Of a stretch of DNA of 64,000 bases, positions 41,913 through 63,895 are shown piece after piece. Where the stretch lies: the NCBI GenBank assembly GCA_012295275.1, contig CM022667.1, forward strand, positions 7,626,001 to 7,690,000, written 5' to 3'. The stretch comes from Chrysomallon squamiferum. Taxonomy: Eukaryota; Animalia; Mollusca. The notes under the pieces are model-generated. The model worked only from the letters and a program-made list of their open reading frames with translations. It was not told the DNA's origin and did not search any database. The position numbers and the translations under genes are program-made. Position 1 is the stretch's first letter. Each line of letters begins with the position of its first letter.

Positions 41913-42287
41913 GTAATAATAGTAATAATAGTAATAATAGTAATAATAATAATAGTAATAATAGTAATAATAATAATAATAATAATAGTAATAATAGTAA
42001 TAATAATAATAATAATAATAGTAATAATAGTAATAATAATAATAATAAATCACAAAAAACGTACATCTATCTATCTATCTCGCTTGCTACCGATCGACCT
42101 ATTATGTTTCAAAAACAAATTATCATCTACATCTTATTAAGTAACTATATATGAGCAATATTATTTCTTGTTATTCTAAGATTAAACTTTCTCGCAACTT
42201 AATAAAGATTCAAAAACTAAATTAATTACACCAAGATAAGAACACTTTAACTTACACGTTATAAAATATTAACATATTTCTTACCAT
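39444..42287 (-). CDS. Gene B1: secreted Cys-rich protein, putative cystine knot, 164 aa
   Basis: Exons 42287-42285, 41871-41816, 41555-41337, 39660-39444. Product: MKLSIFLCFFLLAACSALSKESGDAMLKFFTRETVETMKTSTDKISVESPSKMPQQTTCEPCPYSVRNVVSFCGNKCRVIEPAMWNIRSVSCVYRGCSQFCPCNRYSYCNHTGKAKFWFPAFCTQPCGRWRAGYNFNYEYFPQDCRCYSRGIIDITKSPLKQTE. aataaa at 39414-39409. Confidence 0.92.
39675..40455. repeat. 33-bp intronic minisatellite (B1 intron 3), about 23 copies
   Basis: Unit tatcagttactatctcttaatatcatcactttg; it produces the spurious 11-aa-repeat ORFs at 39564-40496. Confidence 0.95.
40935..41325. repeat. 30-bp intronic minisatellite (B1 intron 3, donor side)
   Basis: Unit atgatactgtgtgttataaaatgttatttt (30-33 bp variants), about 12 copies. 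Confidence 0.9.
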
Positions 42288-42349
42288 TGTCGCAGATACA
42301 CAGAACAAGCGAATATCTGGAAAATCTTGAACTGGGTGTGCGGTGTATT

Positions 42350-42550
42350 GACTACTCGTACCAGCATCTTGTATTTTTATAGTAGTCTCCGCACCCTCTT
42401 GTCCAATGACAATTTCAAACTGTATCCGGTTAGCGTCGACCAATCAGAAACACTGGAAAACAAAATTTGTTTTTTTGGAAAAACAGGAATATATTAAATG
42501 TTGTGACTCATTTTTCATAAACATCCTCTTGAAATATTTTACGTGATCAA
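42350..42550 (-). promoter_or_regulatory. Promoter of B1
   Basis: TATA at 42381-42374; ccaat at 42403 and 42440 on the + strand; near-identical to the A promoters. Confidence 0.75.
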
Positions 42551-42633
42551 ATGTATAAATTTAAGAAACATTTGATTCTTAATGTCAGAAGTGAAAAATA
42601 TATTAAACTGAATACATTTTATTATTAATTAAA

Positions 42634-42690
<57 letters not shown>

Positions 42691-43598
42691 ACAGTAGACT
42701 GGTACTACTGATTGGAAGATAATATGTCTTACGTCACAATTACAAATAAAACATGACTCGCTTGCTCTTTGTTTCGTCAGATTAAACGTCATTTCCGGGG
42801 ATACTATCTGTCCGAAGGTAATAATTAGGCAATATGAAAGAAAAAAAAGAAGAAAAAAAAACAAGAATAGGAAAAGCTACTAACAAAAAGAACCCATATA
42901 ATTTGTTGTTGAAACACTGAGCGATATAATACAGATCACGTGGTTCGGGTCAAGGTAATATAGAGCGATCGCCTGACCTTACAGTGTTATTGTTTTGTGA
43001 AATATTTGGAGACGTGTGGAGTTGTGACATATTTAATTTTATTTAATGGATTTTTCCCTCCAGGTGAAAACAAATTAAAATACTTCACCTTATTTTAATT
43101 TATTATTTAAATTTATTAAAATACATACAAAGTAATATACTTTTCTATTTTGGTCAAAACACAGTTTCATTAAAAAAAGAAGAAAAAACGTAACCCGAAG
43201 GAAATTAAATTATCATTACTCTTTTTTCACTGATAAAATCTAGTTTAATGTTTTCTTTAGTGCGCATTATTTTTTCACTGGGGTCAACGAATTCTAATAG
43301 TTTGTGTAAACATAGTACGTTAAAATGACACAAGCACAGAAATCTTCACTGAGTATTTTGTCGTGCACGTCCAGTAAAATACAGCAGCTCAAGAAAACCA
43401 GCAGATAACTGAATATTAGAAAAAACAGTTTAACTACACAGTCTGTCAGTGTCTCACAGTTTTTACATGTAAGAAAAAGAAAAGTACGTGAAAAGACGAA
43501 AGATATAAAGTAAGAGAGAAGAGGAGAAAGATACAGTGTAAAGATTGGTACAGAGAAAACAGAAACAGAAACCGAGAGACAGAGAGACAGAGAAAAAT

Positions 43599-43659
<61 letters not shown>

Positions 43660-44052
43660 CTAAAACTAAATTAAAATAATATAATATTATTAATTTAAAT
43701 ACAGTCACTACAAAAAGCTTCGATAGACAAGTACAAACAAGATTTAAAATATTCAGCTTAGATGCATACGCATATATATATACATATATTTATACGTGAT
43801 GGAACGGAAATTTACGAGACAGACGGCGCTCCTAACTCCACTTTATGTCTAAAATCTGTACTAGGTAGGTAACATAGATAATTCACTGCCCTAGTAACAA
43901 ACTGCACTTTGACATTAATTTGTGTTTTCTCTCACTATCATGGACGTTAGATACCCCAAGTTCCTTAAACTCGTTTTTCTCACTGTCCGAAGACTGCAGT
44001 GTTAATAAAATGTTTTAAAAGCTGATGTAGATGTATTTAGTAAACATTTTGT

Positions 44053-44382
44053 AGTCTGATTATTTCTGATAGTATCAGGCTAACACTAATACTAATGATT
44101 TAAACACTAGTGTATATAGTCTGATTATTTCTGATAATATCAGGCTAACACTATTACTAACGGTTTAAACACTAGTGTATATAGCTTGATTATTTCTGAT
44201 AATATCAGTAACACTAATACTAACGGTTTAAAAGTGAGTGTATAGCCCGATAATGTCTTATTATATCAGGCTAACAGTATTAATGATGGTTTAAACACTA
44301 GTATATATAGCTGATTATATCTAATAATATCAGGGTAACACTAATACTAACGGTTTAAATACTAGTGTGTTTAGCCTGATAA
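44053..44382. repeat. 65-bp palindromic minisatellite, about 5 degenerate copies
   Basis: Same unit as 1284-1990. Confidence 0.85.
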
Positions 44383-44685
44383 TCTGTAACAAGATAGTAA
44401 AAAGTACTTTTTAGTCGTACAAACACACGCTACGAGAAGACAACAAAGACCCTGTCATAAAATCACTGTCTTGGAACCTTCGGACATGTTTGACTAAATA
44501 ATGACGTAACGGTATAGGCTGACATGATGGAGGACGTCGCAGTGTTCTTAAACAACGAGTTGGTGTTTGCTTGTTCCATTTTAAATCACAGAAACACTTT
44601 TGCAGTTGTAAATCAGAACTAAATAGTTCTTAAAAAGAACAAATATTAGTTTTGTATGTGAAAAGCTATTGTAAATCGTCTTTCA

Positions 44686-45335
44686 AGTTCTGCACTAGAA
44701 GTTAAACACTACTGAACTAACTGAACAATACTTCAAAGTTCTGCAATAGAAGTTAAACACTACTGAACTTACTTTGAACAATACTTCAAAGTTCTGCGCT
44801 AGAAGTTAAACACTATTGAACTAACTGAACAATACTTCAAAGTTCTGCACTAGAAGTTAAACACTACTGAACTTACTCTGAACAATACTTCAAAGTTCTG
44901 CGCTAGAAGTTAAACACTACTGAACTGAAACTTCAAAGTTCTGCGCTGAACAACTGAACTTGAACAAAGTTCAAAGTTCTGCGCTAGAAGTTAAACACTA
45001 CTGAACTAACTGAACAATACTTCAAAGTTCTGCACTAGAAGTTAAACACTACTTAAAACACTAGAAGAACTGAACTAACTCTGAACAATACTTCAAAGTT
45101 CTGTTAAACACTACTGAACTAACTGAAAACTTCAAAGTTCTGCACTAGAAGTTAAACACTACTGAACTAACTGAACAATACTTCAAAGTTCTGCACTAGA
45201 AGTTAAACACTACTGAACTAACTGAACAATACTTCAAAGTTCTGCACTAGAAGTTAAACACTACTGAACTAACTCTGAACAATACTTCAAAGTTCTGCAC
45301 TAGAAGTTAAACACTACTGAACTAACTGAACAATA
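44686..45335. repeat. 51-53-bp minisatellite, about 13 copies
   Basis: Unit aagttctgcactagaagttaaacactactgaactaactctgaacaatacttca; the units at 44925-45130 are scrambled. Confidence 0.9.
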
Positions 45336-45789
45336 CACAAGTACCAGCTACTCTGACGTCACAGGCCGTGCGTCACGCTCGAAAAGAGATAAATATTATA
45401 CCTGAACTCAGTCTGAGTAAACTTTGTGCATTTGTGACAGGGAAGTTAGGTAGGCCACGTTGTACTGATTTGGAGCTGGTGCTTTCATCTTTCTCTAAAA
45501 CTTTGGAAAATGAAATGAAAGACTGACTTTATTATCAGTAAAGACTGAGTTCTAAATACAGGTAAACCTACCTTATATAAAATACTTAATATTATTAACA
45601 CAGCAAACAGTTATAAATAAACCACCAGTCATTTCAATTTTAAATCAGTTTATTTTCAATTATGTAATGAGAAAACAGTAAATTTAGTTAATTTTAATAT
45701 ATATATATTTGTTTTTCTTTTCTGATTTACGTTATGTAAGTATTCAAATATTCAAATTTTATTCGTGAATGACATATCTGTTGTCATGG

Positions 45790-47798
<2,009 letters not shown>

Positions 47799-49086
47799 TT
47801 TCCCCAGCAAGCTTTTACAGACGCTAATTTGAAAACAGCTATCAAATATCTCTTCTCCAAATGTGAAAAATGCTTCTCCTGTTTTTCTACAAACTCTAAG
47901 AGCTCAGATATTAAGATGTGTTATATAGCGAACATCGTACAGAAAACAACCAATGAACGATTATTTTTGATGTGTTACCGGGTTCTACCAGTTAGTAACC
48001 TGATTTGGAATTTCACATAAAAATAATCAGAAAGATAAAGTCAGGAGAACCATAAAAAAATAAATTTAAAAGGTCTATGAATATTTACAGTATGTTTTAA
48101 AGTAGATACACAGAAAAAGTCACGTAGGAAGATTTTTTTTTATGTCTGTGCCTTAAAGTTCATGATTATCATAATCGGTCAGATATATATCTTTTAAAAT
48201 TTTATTATTATTATTATTTTTGTTATGAAAATTTTGATTTTAAAACTTTACTTCTGGGTGGTTTGTTGTTTAATGACAAAACTCCAGCCGAGACTTGACA
48301 GATGTATAACAAACTTTATTGCACGTGACTTTTTCCAAATCTAACTCAGGTCTCTAAGTGACAGGTATTGTGATGAGAACGTGTGTACGAAACATTTCTA
48401 TGTATGAAAAGGTTTAGATTAATACTTCGAATATATTTTCTATAAATCCACCATAATCTCTCATCTGTTTTTATACCTAATTTCAATTTGGTCTGACTGT
48501 CCACCAGGTGTATAAATATATTTTGTAAAATTAGAAATGATCTTGTAAGGTTAAGGCGCCCATATTTTACTAGTAATAAAGTCTGGCACAATTGCAGGCT
48601 GGAAATACCGATGTTAACTATTTAGCTATGACGTCACCTCATGAAAATAATTTTTTTTAGAATTTTAAAAAAATATTTATTAGTAATTATTGATCTAATC
48701 TACTTCTTTCTTTTCTTTTTATTTCGTTCTTTTTTCTCTTCTTTCTTTCTTTTTTTTTTCTCTCTTTTTTACCTAAAAATCTTTCAAGACAAACAACGAG
48801 TTATTTACAATATAAAAAAAATATTTTTATTGATTTTTCCCTTTTAACAGAAACTGCTTTGATAATAATGCACTCATTCAAACAGAACGATTATAAGAAG
48901 CATATAAAACTTTATTATTATAAAAATTACTACTGTTGTTACGGCTGTCATTATATTATCGTATTGTTGCTATTATTGTTGTTTTTGTTTATTTTACAAT
49001 TTCTCAATTTGTTTGTGTGTGTAAAAAGAAAGTAAAAAATAAATTTGTTTTTAAGTGAATTTATAATATGAAAACAATAAACTCAA

Positions 49087-49157
<71 letters not shown>

Positions 49158-49370
49158 GCTGAGAATTTTTTGAATCACGATAGTTTTTCGTTTTATGTAA
49201 TTTAACTTCTTCTGAAAATTATCATGAATATTTCTTTAAATAATATATATTTTTAAGTTTTTTATTTTCTTCTGTTTTTTAAATGTTTGTCTTAATCGTT
49301 TTCAAGATTTCTGTGAGATTTTTAATATCATGTAATATAATTACATTTAGTTTTATTATTATTGTTGTTG

Positions 49371-49407
<37 letters not shown>

Positions 49408-49417
49408 AATTATTATT

Positions 49418-49469
<52 letters not shown>

Positions 49470-50452
49470 TAAGGTGTGTTTGATGTCACGCTGACGCATT
49501 CTGTGTTGTTAATCGGCGAAGCGTATCAACATTTTTACGTGTTGTTTTCAGAAACGTCAAACTGCTAACAGTAAATAATAGTTAGCGAAAACAGAAAAAA
49601 GGAAAGAAGACAAACATGAACAGAAACCAAACAAACAAATAAACAATCAACAAAACAAAACAAAGAAAAAGAAAAAAGAAGAAAAAAAAAGGAAAGAAAG
49701 AAACTCCCGCAAATTACGAAAGCAACAACCAGAAAGAAAATAATAATAATAAATATAATGATGATGATGATGATGATGATGTTAATAGTAATAATAAATA
49801 TAATGATGATGATGATGATGATGATAATGATGATGATAATAGTAATAATAATAAATAAATAAATATATAAAATTTTAAAAAAAGCCCACTTAAATTCTTT
49901 TACTCGTTGTTATTTATCTATTTTGCTTGCTGCATATCCAGTTAGTTTGATGTCTTTACAAACGTTCCTGGATGGATGGACTGATGGATGGATTTATGTT
50001 TGTATGTATGTATTTTTCATACGTGTATTTGTGTGAGTGTATGGTTTATCTATCTATCTATCTTCTGTCTAGCTATCTATTTATTTATTAATTTGATTTT
50101 TTGTTTATTGTTTGTTTGTTAATTAATTTATTTGATTGTTTAAGATACATATTTATGTACGTAGATAAACTCACACTAACATCAAATTAAAAACAACTTT
50201 TAACAGATCTCACCCAGTGAATTTTATGTCTAGTTGTTTTACCAGTTTCTGTAAGTGGACTGTTTTTATAATGTTTTTACACACTTCACTCGCTGTGTGA
50301 ACACGGTGTACACCTGTTTATGATGTCTTGTTATGTAAATATCGCTACTGGAGTAGAAAATGTATGTCTGTGATTTTCTTAGGAAAATAGTGTGTAATTG
50401 TTAGCAGTGTCAAAAAAAAACCGGGTCATTTTAAACAAACAAAACCATATAT

Positions 50453-50494
<42 letters not shown>

Positions 50495-50715
50495 CATAAA
50501 AACAATAATAATAATATTAAATAAATAAATAAAAAATAAAATAATAATAATAATAATAAATAATAAGTAATCACGGTAGTAGTAGTAGTAATAATAATAA
50601 TGAGCGAAAGAATGCATGAAGGAACGAATAAATAAATAAATAAACAAACAGAAAAACTTTCATATCCTAACCCTCACTTATCATTAATTGTTTATCGTTT
50701 TGTTTGTTTATTTAC

Positions 50716-50770
<55 letters not shown>

Positions 50771-51293
50771 TGTATTTATTCATCAAATTAAAAAACTTCT
50801 ATCTCACTCAGTGAACTTTGTGTCGAGCTGTTTTGTCAGCTTCAATTAGCCGACAGTTTTTACAAAACATTAAAAAATAAAATGAAACGTTTCAGTACAT
50901 TTCACTGTTTGAACACATTACGTACCTCTGTTTGAACACATTACGTACCTCTGTTCACTTCATATGTAAACTTCAGCTGTGTCTCTGTGTGACACATAAA
51001 TGTTTTGTTGTTAAGTAAGTAACTAATGCGTTATTGTTAGCAATGGTAAGAAAAGCTGGTCACTTTAAACAAACAAAACAATAAACAAAAAACCCAATTA
51101 AAAAACCCAGAAACAATAATAAATAAAAAAAAAAAAATAAAAAAAATAAATAAATAAATAATAATAATCATCATCATCATAAATAATAATAAAAAGATAA
51201 ATCATCATAAAAATACCCCGTCCAAATGAAAAAACAATAACAAAAAAAAAAAAAAATGAAAAGAAAAGATACTCTGCAAAACACCTTTTTTAA

Positions 51294-51338
<45 letters not shown>

Positions 51339-52091
51339 TGAAATCATCACTTCAAAAACCAAAGTTGTATCATTCATGAACCTAATAACTTTGTTAGTAA
51401 TTTAATTTTATAAAGTAAAACTGAGAACTTTGTGACTAAACCAAACTCATCACATTTACACACAGAGCCAGTTAAACTAGAGTTTATCTCTTACAGTTCC
51501 TTACAACATCGTGATTAGAAATTCTATGTAAATAAAACAGGTTTTAGTAAGACAACACATAATAATGTTTCCCCCATAGAGATACTCAATAAAAACTAAG
51601 ATGAACGTGTTTTCAGTAATAATGTCGCTGTTGTAGTTGTATACATCGCGTTTCTCAAGTTTTATTTTATCTGTGATTTGAAATTACTTGAAATACGTCA
51701 TCATAGTTGAAACACTGAAGTTGCGTAAGTGTGAGTACATACACACATAAACACGTACACATACACATTCATAAACAAATACAAATACACACAAACACGA
51801 ACAAATGTGCGTACACACTGACAGACAATATTACAGACTGGTGAAGATTCTTACAGAATATTTAAAAATTAATTAGATATTGCCACATTTACTACACTAA
51901 CAACATTAACTAAATAAAAAAATAATAAATAAATAATAAAAAATTAATTATAATAAAAATAAATAAATAAACTCCTAAACCCGCTTCTCCCCTCCAAAAA
52001 AACAACAACAAAGAAAACACACAAGACATTTCAGTTTTAAAAATGACTGACATTTTATTTCTACAGCGTATTCTGTCGTTATTTAAGATAA

Positions 52092-53850
<1,759 letters not shown>

Positions 53851-53909
53851 TGTCGCAGATACACAGAACAAGCGAATATCTGGAAAATCTTGAACGGGGT
53901 GTGCGGTGT

Positions 53910-54010
53910 ATTGACTACTCGTACCAGCATCTTGTATTTTTATAGTATCTCAGCGCCCTCTTGTCCAATGACAATTTCAAACTGTATCCGGTTAGCGTCG
54001 ACCAATCAGA
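53910..54010 (-). promoter_or_regulatory. Promoter of B2
   Basis: TATA at 53944-53937; ccaat at 53965 and 54002. Confidence 0.75.
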
Positions 54011-54219
54011 CACACTGGAAAACAAAATTTCTTTTTTAAAAAACAGGAAAAGAAAATTTAGCAAATGTGAACAGGTAAATATATGTAAATGTTGTGACTC
54101 ATTTCTTCATAGACATCCTCTTGAAATACATCTCGTGATAAAATGTATAAACTTAAGAAAAATTTGATTCTTAATGTCAGAAGTGAATTTTTTTTAACAA
54201 ATACATCAAACTGAATACA

Positions 54220-54256
<37 letters not shown>

Positions 54257-55047
54257 GTTATTATTATTATTATTATTATTATTAACACAGCAGACTGGTA
54301 CTACTGATTCGAAGAATATGTCTTACGTCACAATTACAAATAAAACATGACTCGCTTGCTCTTTGTTTCGTCATTTCCGGAGTTTCTGTCTGAAGGTAAT
54401 AATTAAGCCAATATGATAAATAAAAAAATAAATAATAAAAACATAAAAAAAAGATACTAACAAAAAGAACCCATATAGTTTATTGTTGAAACACTGAGCG
54501 ATATAATACAGGTCACGTGGTTCGGGTCAAGGTAATATAGAGCGATCGCCTGACATATTTGAAATATTTGGAGACGTGTGGAGTTGTGACATATTTAATT
54601 TTATCTACAGGTGAAAACAAATTAAACATACTTCACGTGATTTTAATTTATTATTTAAATTTATTAAAATACATACAAAGTAATATACTTTTCTATTTTG
54701 TCAAAACACAGTTTCACGGGTCATTAAAAAAAGAATGAGAAAAAACCTACCCGAAGGAAATTATATAATCATTACTCTTTTTTTACTGGTAAAATTTAGT
54801 TTAATGTTTTCTTTAGTGCGCATTATTTTTTCACTGGGGTCAACGAATTCTAATAGTTTGTGTAAACATAATACGTTAAAATGACGCACGCACAGAAATC
54901 TTCACTGAGTTTGTGAACGTGCACGTGCAGTAAAATACAGCAGTTAAAGAAAATCAGCAGATAACTGAATATTAGAAAAAAACAGTTTAACTACACAGTC
55001 TGTCAGTGTCTCACAGTTTTTACATGTAAGAAAAAGAAAAGTACGTG

Positions 55048-55050
<3 letters not shown>

Positions 55051-55103
<53 letters not shown>

Positions 55104-55173
55104 CATTCACAGAGAGAGAGAGAGAGACAGAGATCATTCACAGAGAGAGAGAGAGAGAGAGACAGAGATCATT

Positions 55174-55221
<48 letters not shown>

Positions 55222-55255
55222 ATTCACAGAGAGAGAGAGAGAGACAGAGATCATT

Positions 55256-55306
<51 letters not shown>

Positions 55307-55407
55307 CATTCACAGAGAGAGAGAGAGAGAGAGAGACAGAGATCATTCACAGAGAGAGAGAGAGAGAGAGATCATTCACAGAGAGAGAGAGAGAGACAGA
55401 GATCATT

Positions 55408-55499
<92 letters not shown>

Positions 55500-55581
55500 T
55501 CATTCACAGAGAGAGAGAGAGAGAGAGATCATTCACAGAGAGAGAGAGAGAGAGACAGAGATCATTCACAGAGAGAGAGAG

Positions 55582-55615
<34 letters not shown>

Positions 55616-55656
55616 ATTCACAGAGAGAGAGAGAGAGACAGAGATCATTCATTCAC

Positions 55657-55687
<31 letters not shown>

Positions 55688-55783
55688 TCATTCACAGAGA
55701 GAGAGAGAGAGACAGAGATCATTCACAGAGAGAGAGAGAGAGACAGAGATCATTCAGAGAGAGAGAGAGAGACAGAGATCATT

Positions 55784-55857
<74 letters not shown>
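55051..55857. repeat. Compound (GA)n array punctuated by gatcattcaca
   Basis: About 800 bp of (GA)n with roughly 17 interspersed (gacaga)gatcattcacaga motifs. Confidence 0.95.
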
Positions 55858-55860
<3 letters not shown>

Positions 55861-56401
55861 GCCCTAGTAACAAACTGCACTTTGACATTAAGTTGTGTTT
55901 TTTTGACTATCATGGACGTTAGATACCCCAAGTTCCTTAAACTCGTTTTTCTCACTGTCCGAAGACTGCAGTGTTAATAACACGTTTTAAAAGCTGATGT
56001 AGATGTATTTAGTAAACATTTTGTAGTATCAGGCTAACAACTATTAATAATGATTTAAACACTAGTGTATGTAGCCTGATTATTTCTGATAGTATCAGGC
56101 TAACAGTATTAATAACGGTTTAACACTATCCTGATAATCTGTAATAAGATAGTAAACAGTACGTTTTAGTGGTACATACACATGCTACGAGAAAGAAACC
56201 CAAGATCCTGTCATAAAATCACAGTTTTGCGCTTTTTCCCACTGCATGTGAAAACAGTGCTACGTTTTGGTATCATTGAAAAGAGGAAGTGTTTACAGTT
56301 GATGTTTTGAAACACAAAAAATTATAAATCAGAACTAAATAGTTGTAAAAAAAGAACAAATATTAGTTTTGTATGTGAAAAGCTATTGTAAATCGTCTTT
56401 C

Positions 56402-56815
56402 AAGTTCTGCACTAGAAGCTAAACACTACTGAACTAACTCTGAACAATACTTCAAAGTTCTGCGCTAGAAGTTAAACACTACTGAACTAACTCTGAACAA
56501 TACTTCAAAGTTCTGCGCTAGAAGTTAAACACTACTGAACTAACTCTGAACAATACTTCAAAGTTCTGCACTAGAAGTTAAACACTACTGAACTAACTGA
56601 ACAATACTTCAAAGTTCTGCGCTAGAAGTTAAACACTACTGAACTAACTCTGAACAATACTTCAAAGTTCTGCACTAGAAGTTAAACACTACTGAACTAA
56701 CTGAACAATACTTCAAAGTTCTGCGCTAGAAGTTAAACACTACTGAACTAACTCTGAACAATACTTCAAAGTTCTGCACTAGAAGTTAAACACTACTGAA
56801 CTAACTGAACAATAC
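56402..56815. repeat. 51-53-bp minisatellite, about 8 copies
   Basis: Period of 53 (56402 to 56455); paralogous to 44686-45335. Confidence 0.92.
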
Positions 56816-57273
56816 ACAAGTACCAGCTACTCTGACGTCACAGGCCGTGCGTCACGCTCGAAAAGAGATAAATATTATACCTGAACTCAGTCTGAGTAAA
56901 CTTTGTGCATTTGTGACAGGGAAGTTAGGTAGGTTACGTTGTACTGATTTGGAGCTGGTGCTTTCATCTTTCTCTAAAACTTTGGAAAATGAAATGAAAG
57001 ACTGACTTTATTATCAGTAAAGACTGAGTTCTAAATACAGGTAAACCAGGCTTATATAAAATACTTAATATTATTAACACAGCAAACAGTTATAAATAAA
57101 CCACCAGTCATTTCAATTTTAAATCAGTTTATTTTCAAGTATGTAATGAGAAAAAAGTAAATTTAGTTAATTTTAATATTTATATATATATATTTTTTTT
57201 CTTTTCTGATTTACGTTATGTAAGTATTCAAATATTCAAATTTTATTAGTAAATGACATATCTGTTGTCATGG

Positions 57274-58775
<1,502 letters not shown>

Positions 58776-60618
58776 TTTCCCCAGCAAGCTTTTACAGACG
58801 CTAATTTGAAAACAGTTGTCAAATATCTCTTCTCCAAATGTGAAAAATGCTTCTCCTGTTTTTCTACAAACTGTAAGAGCTCAGATATTAAGATGTGTTA
58901 TATAGCGAACATCGTACAGAAAACAACCAATGAACGATTATTTTTAAATTGTTACCGGGTTCTACCAGTTAGTAACCTGATTTGGAATTTCACATAAAAA
59001 TAATCAGAAAGATAAAGTCAGGAGAACCATAAAAAAATAAATTTAAAAGGTCTATGAATATTTACAGTATGTTTTAATGTAGATACACAGAAAAAGTCAC
59101 GTAGGAAGATATTTTATTTTTTTATGTCTGTGCCTTAAAGTTCATGATTATCATAATCGGTCAGATATATATCTTTTTAAAATTTTATTATTATTATTAT
59201 TTTTGATGTGAAAATTGTTATTGTTATTATTAAAATAATGATGATGATGATGATGATGATAATAATAGTAAAAATAATAAATATAATAATGATGATGATA
59301 ATGATGATTATAATAGTAATAATAATAATAAATAAATAAATATATAAAATTTAAAAAAAAGCCCACTTAAATTCTTTTACTCGTTGTTACTTATCTATTT
59401 TGCTTGCTGCATATCCAGTTAGTTTGATGTCTTTACAAACATTCCTGGATGGATGGACTGATGGATGGATTTATGTTTGTATGTATGTATTTTTCATACG
59501 TGTATTTGTGTGAGTGTATGGTTTATCTATCTATCTATCTTCTGTCTAGCTATCTATGTATTTATTAATTTGATTTTTTGTTTATTGTTTGTTTGTTAAT
59601 TAATTTATTTGATTGTTTAAGATACGTATTTATGTACGTAGAGAAATTCACACTAACATCAAATTAAAAACAACTTTTAACAGATCTCACCCAGTGAATT
59701 TTATATCAAGTTGTTTTACCAGTTTCTATAAGTCGACTGTTTTCATAATGTTTCTATACACTTCACTCGCTGTTTGAACACCGTGTACACCTGTTTATGA
59801 TGTCTTGTTATGTAAATATCGCTACTGGAGGTAGAAAATGTATCTCTGTAAGGTTCTTAGGAAAATAGTGTGTAATTGTTTGCAATGTCAAAAAAAAACC
59901 GGGTCATTTTAAACAAACAAAACCATATATCCAAAAAAAAAAAAAAATGCATTAATAAAAACAATAAAAATAATATTAAATAAATAAATAAAAAATAAAA
60001 TAATAATAATAATAATAATAAATAATAAGTAATCACGGTAGTAGTAGTAGTAGTAGTAATAATAATAATGAGCGAAAGAATGCATGAAGGAACGAATAAA
60101 TAAATAAATAAACAAACAGAACAACTTTCATATCCTAACCCTCACTTATCATTAATTGTTTATCGTTTTGTTTGTTTATTTACTTATTCATTTATTTATT
60201 TATTTGTTCATTTATTTATTTATTTATTTATTTGTTTATTTGTTTATTTATTTATGTATTTATTCATCAAATTAAAGAACTTCTATCTCACTCAGTGAAC
60301 TTTGTGTCGAGCTGTTTTGTCAGCTTCCATTAGCCGACAGTTTTTACAAAACATTAAAAAATAAAATGAAACGTTTCAGTACATTTCACTGTTTGAACAC
60401 ATTACGTACCTCTGTTTGAACACATTACGTACCTCTGTTCACGATGTCTTCACATGTAAACATCGCCACTGGAGGGAGAAAACCTCAGCTGTGTCTCTGT
60501 GTGACACATAAATGTTTTGTTGTTAAGTAAGTAACTAATGCGTTATTGTTAGCAATGGTAAGAAAAGCTGGTCACTTTAAACAAACAAAACAATAAATAA
60601 AAAAGCCAGAAACAATAA

Positions 60619-60689
<71 letters not shown>

Positions 60690-60845
60690 TAATCATCATC
60701 ATCATCATAAATAATAATAAAAAGATAAATCTTCATAAAAATACCCCGTCCAAATGAAAAAACAATAACAAAAAAAAAAAAAAAAAAAAAAAATGAAAAG
60801 AAAAGATACTCTGCAAAACACCTTTTTTAAAATTATTTATTATTA

Positions 60846-60896
<51 letters not shown>

Positions 60897-61648
60897 TGAA
60901 ATCATCACTTCAAAAACCAAAGTTGTATCATTCATGAACCTAATAACGTTGTTAGTAATTTAATTTTATAAAGTAAAACTGAGAACTTTGTGACTAAACC
61001 AAACTCATCACATTTACACACAGAGCCAGTTAAACTAGAGTTTATCTCTTACAGTTCCTTACAACATCGTGATTAGAAATTCTATGTAAATAAAACAGGT
61101 TTTAATAAGACAACACATAATAATGTTTCACCCATAGAGACACTCAATAAAAACTAAGATGAACGTGTTTTAGTAATAATGTCGCTGTTGTAGTTGTATA
61201 CATCGCGTTTCTCAAGTTTTATTTTATCTGTGATTTGAAAATACTTGAGATACGTCATCATAGTTCAAACACTGAAGTTGCGTAAGTGTGAGTACATACA
61301 CACATAAACACGTACACATACACATTCATAAACAAATACAAATACACACAAACACGAACAAATGTGCGTACACACTGACAGACAATATTACAGACTGGTG
61401 AAGATTCTTACAGAATATTTAAAAATTAATTAGATATTGCCACATTTACTACACTAACAACATTAACTAAATAAAAAAATAATAAATAAATAATAAAAAA
61501 TTAATTATAATAAAAATAAATAAATAAACTCCTAAACCCACTTCTCTTCTCCAAAAAAAAACAACAACAAAAAAACACAGAAGACATTTCAGTTTTAAAA
61601 TTACTGACATTTTATTTCTACAGCGTATTCTGTCGTTATTTAAGATAA

Positions 61649-63603
<1,955 letters not shown>

Positions 63604-63664
63604 TGTCGCAGATACACAGAACAAGCGAATATCTGGAAAATCTTGAACGGGGTGTGCGGTGTAT

Positions 63665-63895
63665 TGACTACTCGTACCAGCATCTTGTATTTTTATAGTA
63701 TCTCAGCGCCCTCTTGTCCAATGACAATTTCAAACTGTATCCGGTTAGCGTCGACCAATCAGACACACTGGAAAACAAAATTTTTTTTTGGAAAAGCAGG
63801 AAAAGAAAATTGAGCAAATGTGAACAGGTAAAATATATGTAAATGTTATGACTCATTTCTTCATAGACATCCTCTTGAAATATGTCACGTGATCA
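63665..63895 (-). promoter_or_regulatory. Promoter of B3
   Basis: TATA at 63697-63690; ccaat at 63718 and 63755; gtcacgtgatc about 63884-63894. Confidence 0.75.

Noticed and set aside
44925-45130. Scrambled minisatellite units (also 62400-62455) as a biological signal
   Set aside because: They cannot be distinguished from read-consensus errors without raw data.
44686-45335. CRISPR-like appearance of the regular arrays (also 1284-1990 and 56402-56815)
   Set aside because: Units are head-to-tail with no unique spacers, there are no cas genes, and the context is eukaryotic.
55045-55977. 310-aa RE-rich ORF
   Set aside because: This is a translation of the compound (GA)n array, with no gene context.
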